Shown here one piece after another: positions 32,605-33,038 of a stretch of 33,038 nt of DNA; positions within the stretch are counted from its first letter, which is position 1; the number at the start of each line of letters is the position of its first letter. This stretch comes from Chiloscyllium plagiosum (lineage: Eukaryota). Location: contig NC_057750.1 in assembly GCF_004010195.1 (NCBI RefSeq), forward strand, positions 17,949,098 to 17,982,135, in the 5' to 3' direction. Below the pieces are notes generated by a model, which worked only from the letters and a program-made list of their open reading frames with translations, ran no database searches and was not told the origin of the DNA. Both the position numbers and the translations under genes were made by a program.

Positions 32605-33038
32605 TTTTTATATATAATATACTTTTATTAAGAAAAAATAGATTTTTAAATATTACAAATACAAAACAATGCAATTCAAAACAGTACAAAAATAGTACAA
32701 AACTAAACCCAAATAATAAAAAATTCCCCAACCCACCCTCCTATACAAATGTATAAACATATATAGAGAAGTATAAAATTTAAAAAAACCTAAACTAGCT
32801 ATTTAACTAACTAAATAAATACCTAACAACAAACAAATTAATAGTAATAACTCAGCCCAGCCAAACAAAACACTCATACATTCACAGTTCCTCCTCCCTG
32901 GATATTGGACTCATGAAACACAATCGTTACAGGTATATAAAAGCCCTTGTTAGTGTGGCAGATAAATCTGTGTCCAGGTATTTCAAATAGGGTTGCCATG
33001 TCTGGTAAAAATTCTCAGTTTTGTGGTGTACCATATTT
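32605..33038 (-). mobile_element. L1-type LINE 3' end (ORF2 C-terminus, 3' UTR, polyA signal)
   Basis: Minus strand reads NMVHHKTENFYQTWQPYLKYLDTDLSATLTRAFIYL with stop at 32927-32929 (FxxxWxP motif of fish-type L1); T/G-rich UTR; AATAAA at 32624-32629. Confidence 0.75.

Noticed and set aside
1..33038. Prokaryotic systems (CRISPR, retron, DGR) suggested by RT ORFs and repeats
   Set aside because: All RTs are eukaryotic CR1, L1 or Penelope types inside spliceosomal introns; there is no spaced repeat array.

Overview
Vertebrate genomic DNA, almost certainly from a cartilaginous fish (shark), judged from HE1-type V-SINEs and dense CR1 LINEs; the species is not determinable here. The window lies inside one minus-strand gene. 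Six GT-AG coding exons (32296-32544, 17367-17536, 16659-16792, 9877-10044, 9662-9782, 8750-8804) splice in compatible phases to 897 nt / 299 codons without a stop. They encode the post-WD40 region of a WDR62/MAPKBP1-family protein, most likely WDR62. The introns are mostly nested mobile DNA: CR1 LINEs of several ages, three young HE1-like SINEs, four TA-targeting TcMar/Tigger-like MITEs, a solo LTR, an L1 3' end and a 3.3 kb inverted Penelope-like (PLE) complex. The most notable observation is a set of ~90-nt PLE-terminus-derived mini-insertions, three with 10-15 bp target-site duplications. One of them (25913-26004) carries a complete minimal hammerhead-ribozyme core. Family assignments rest on motifs recalled from knowledge, not on database searches, and boundaries of old repeats are approximate.
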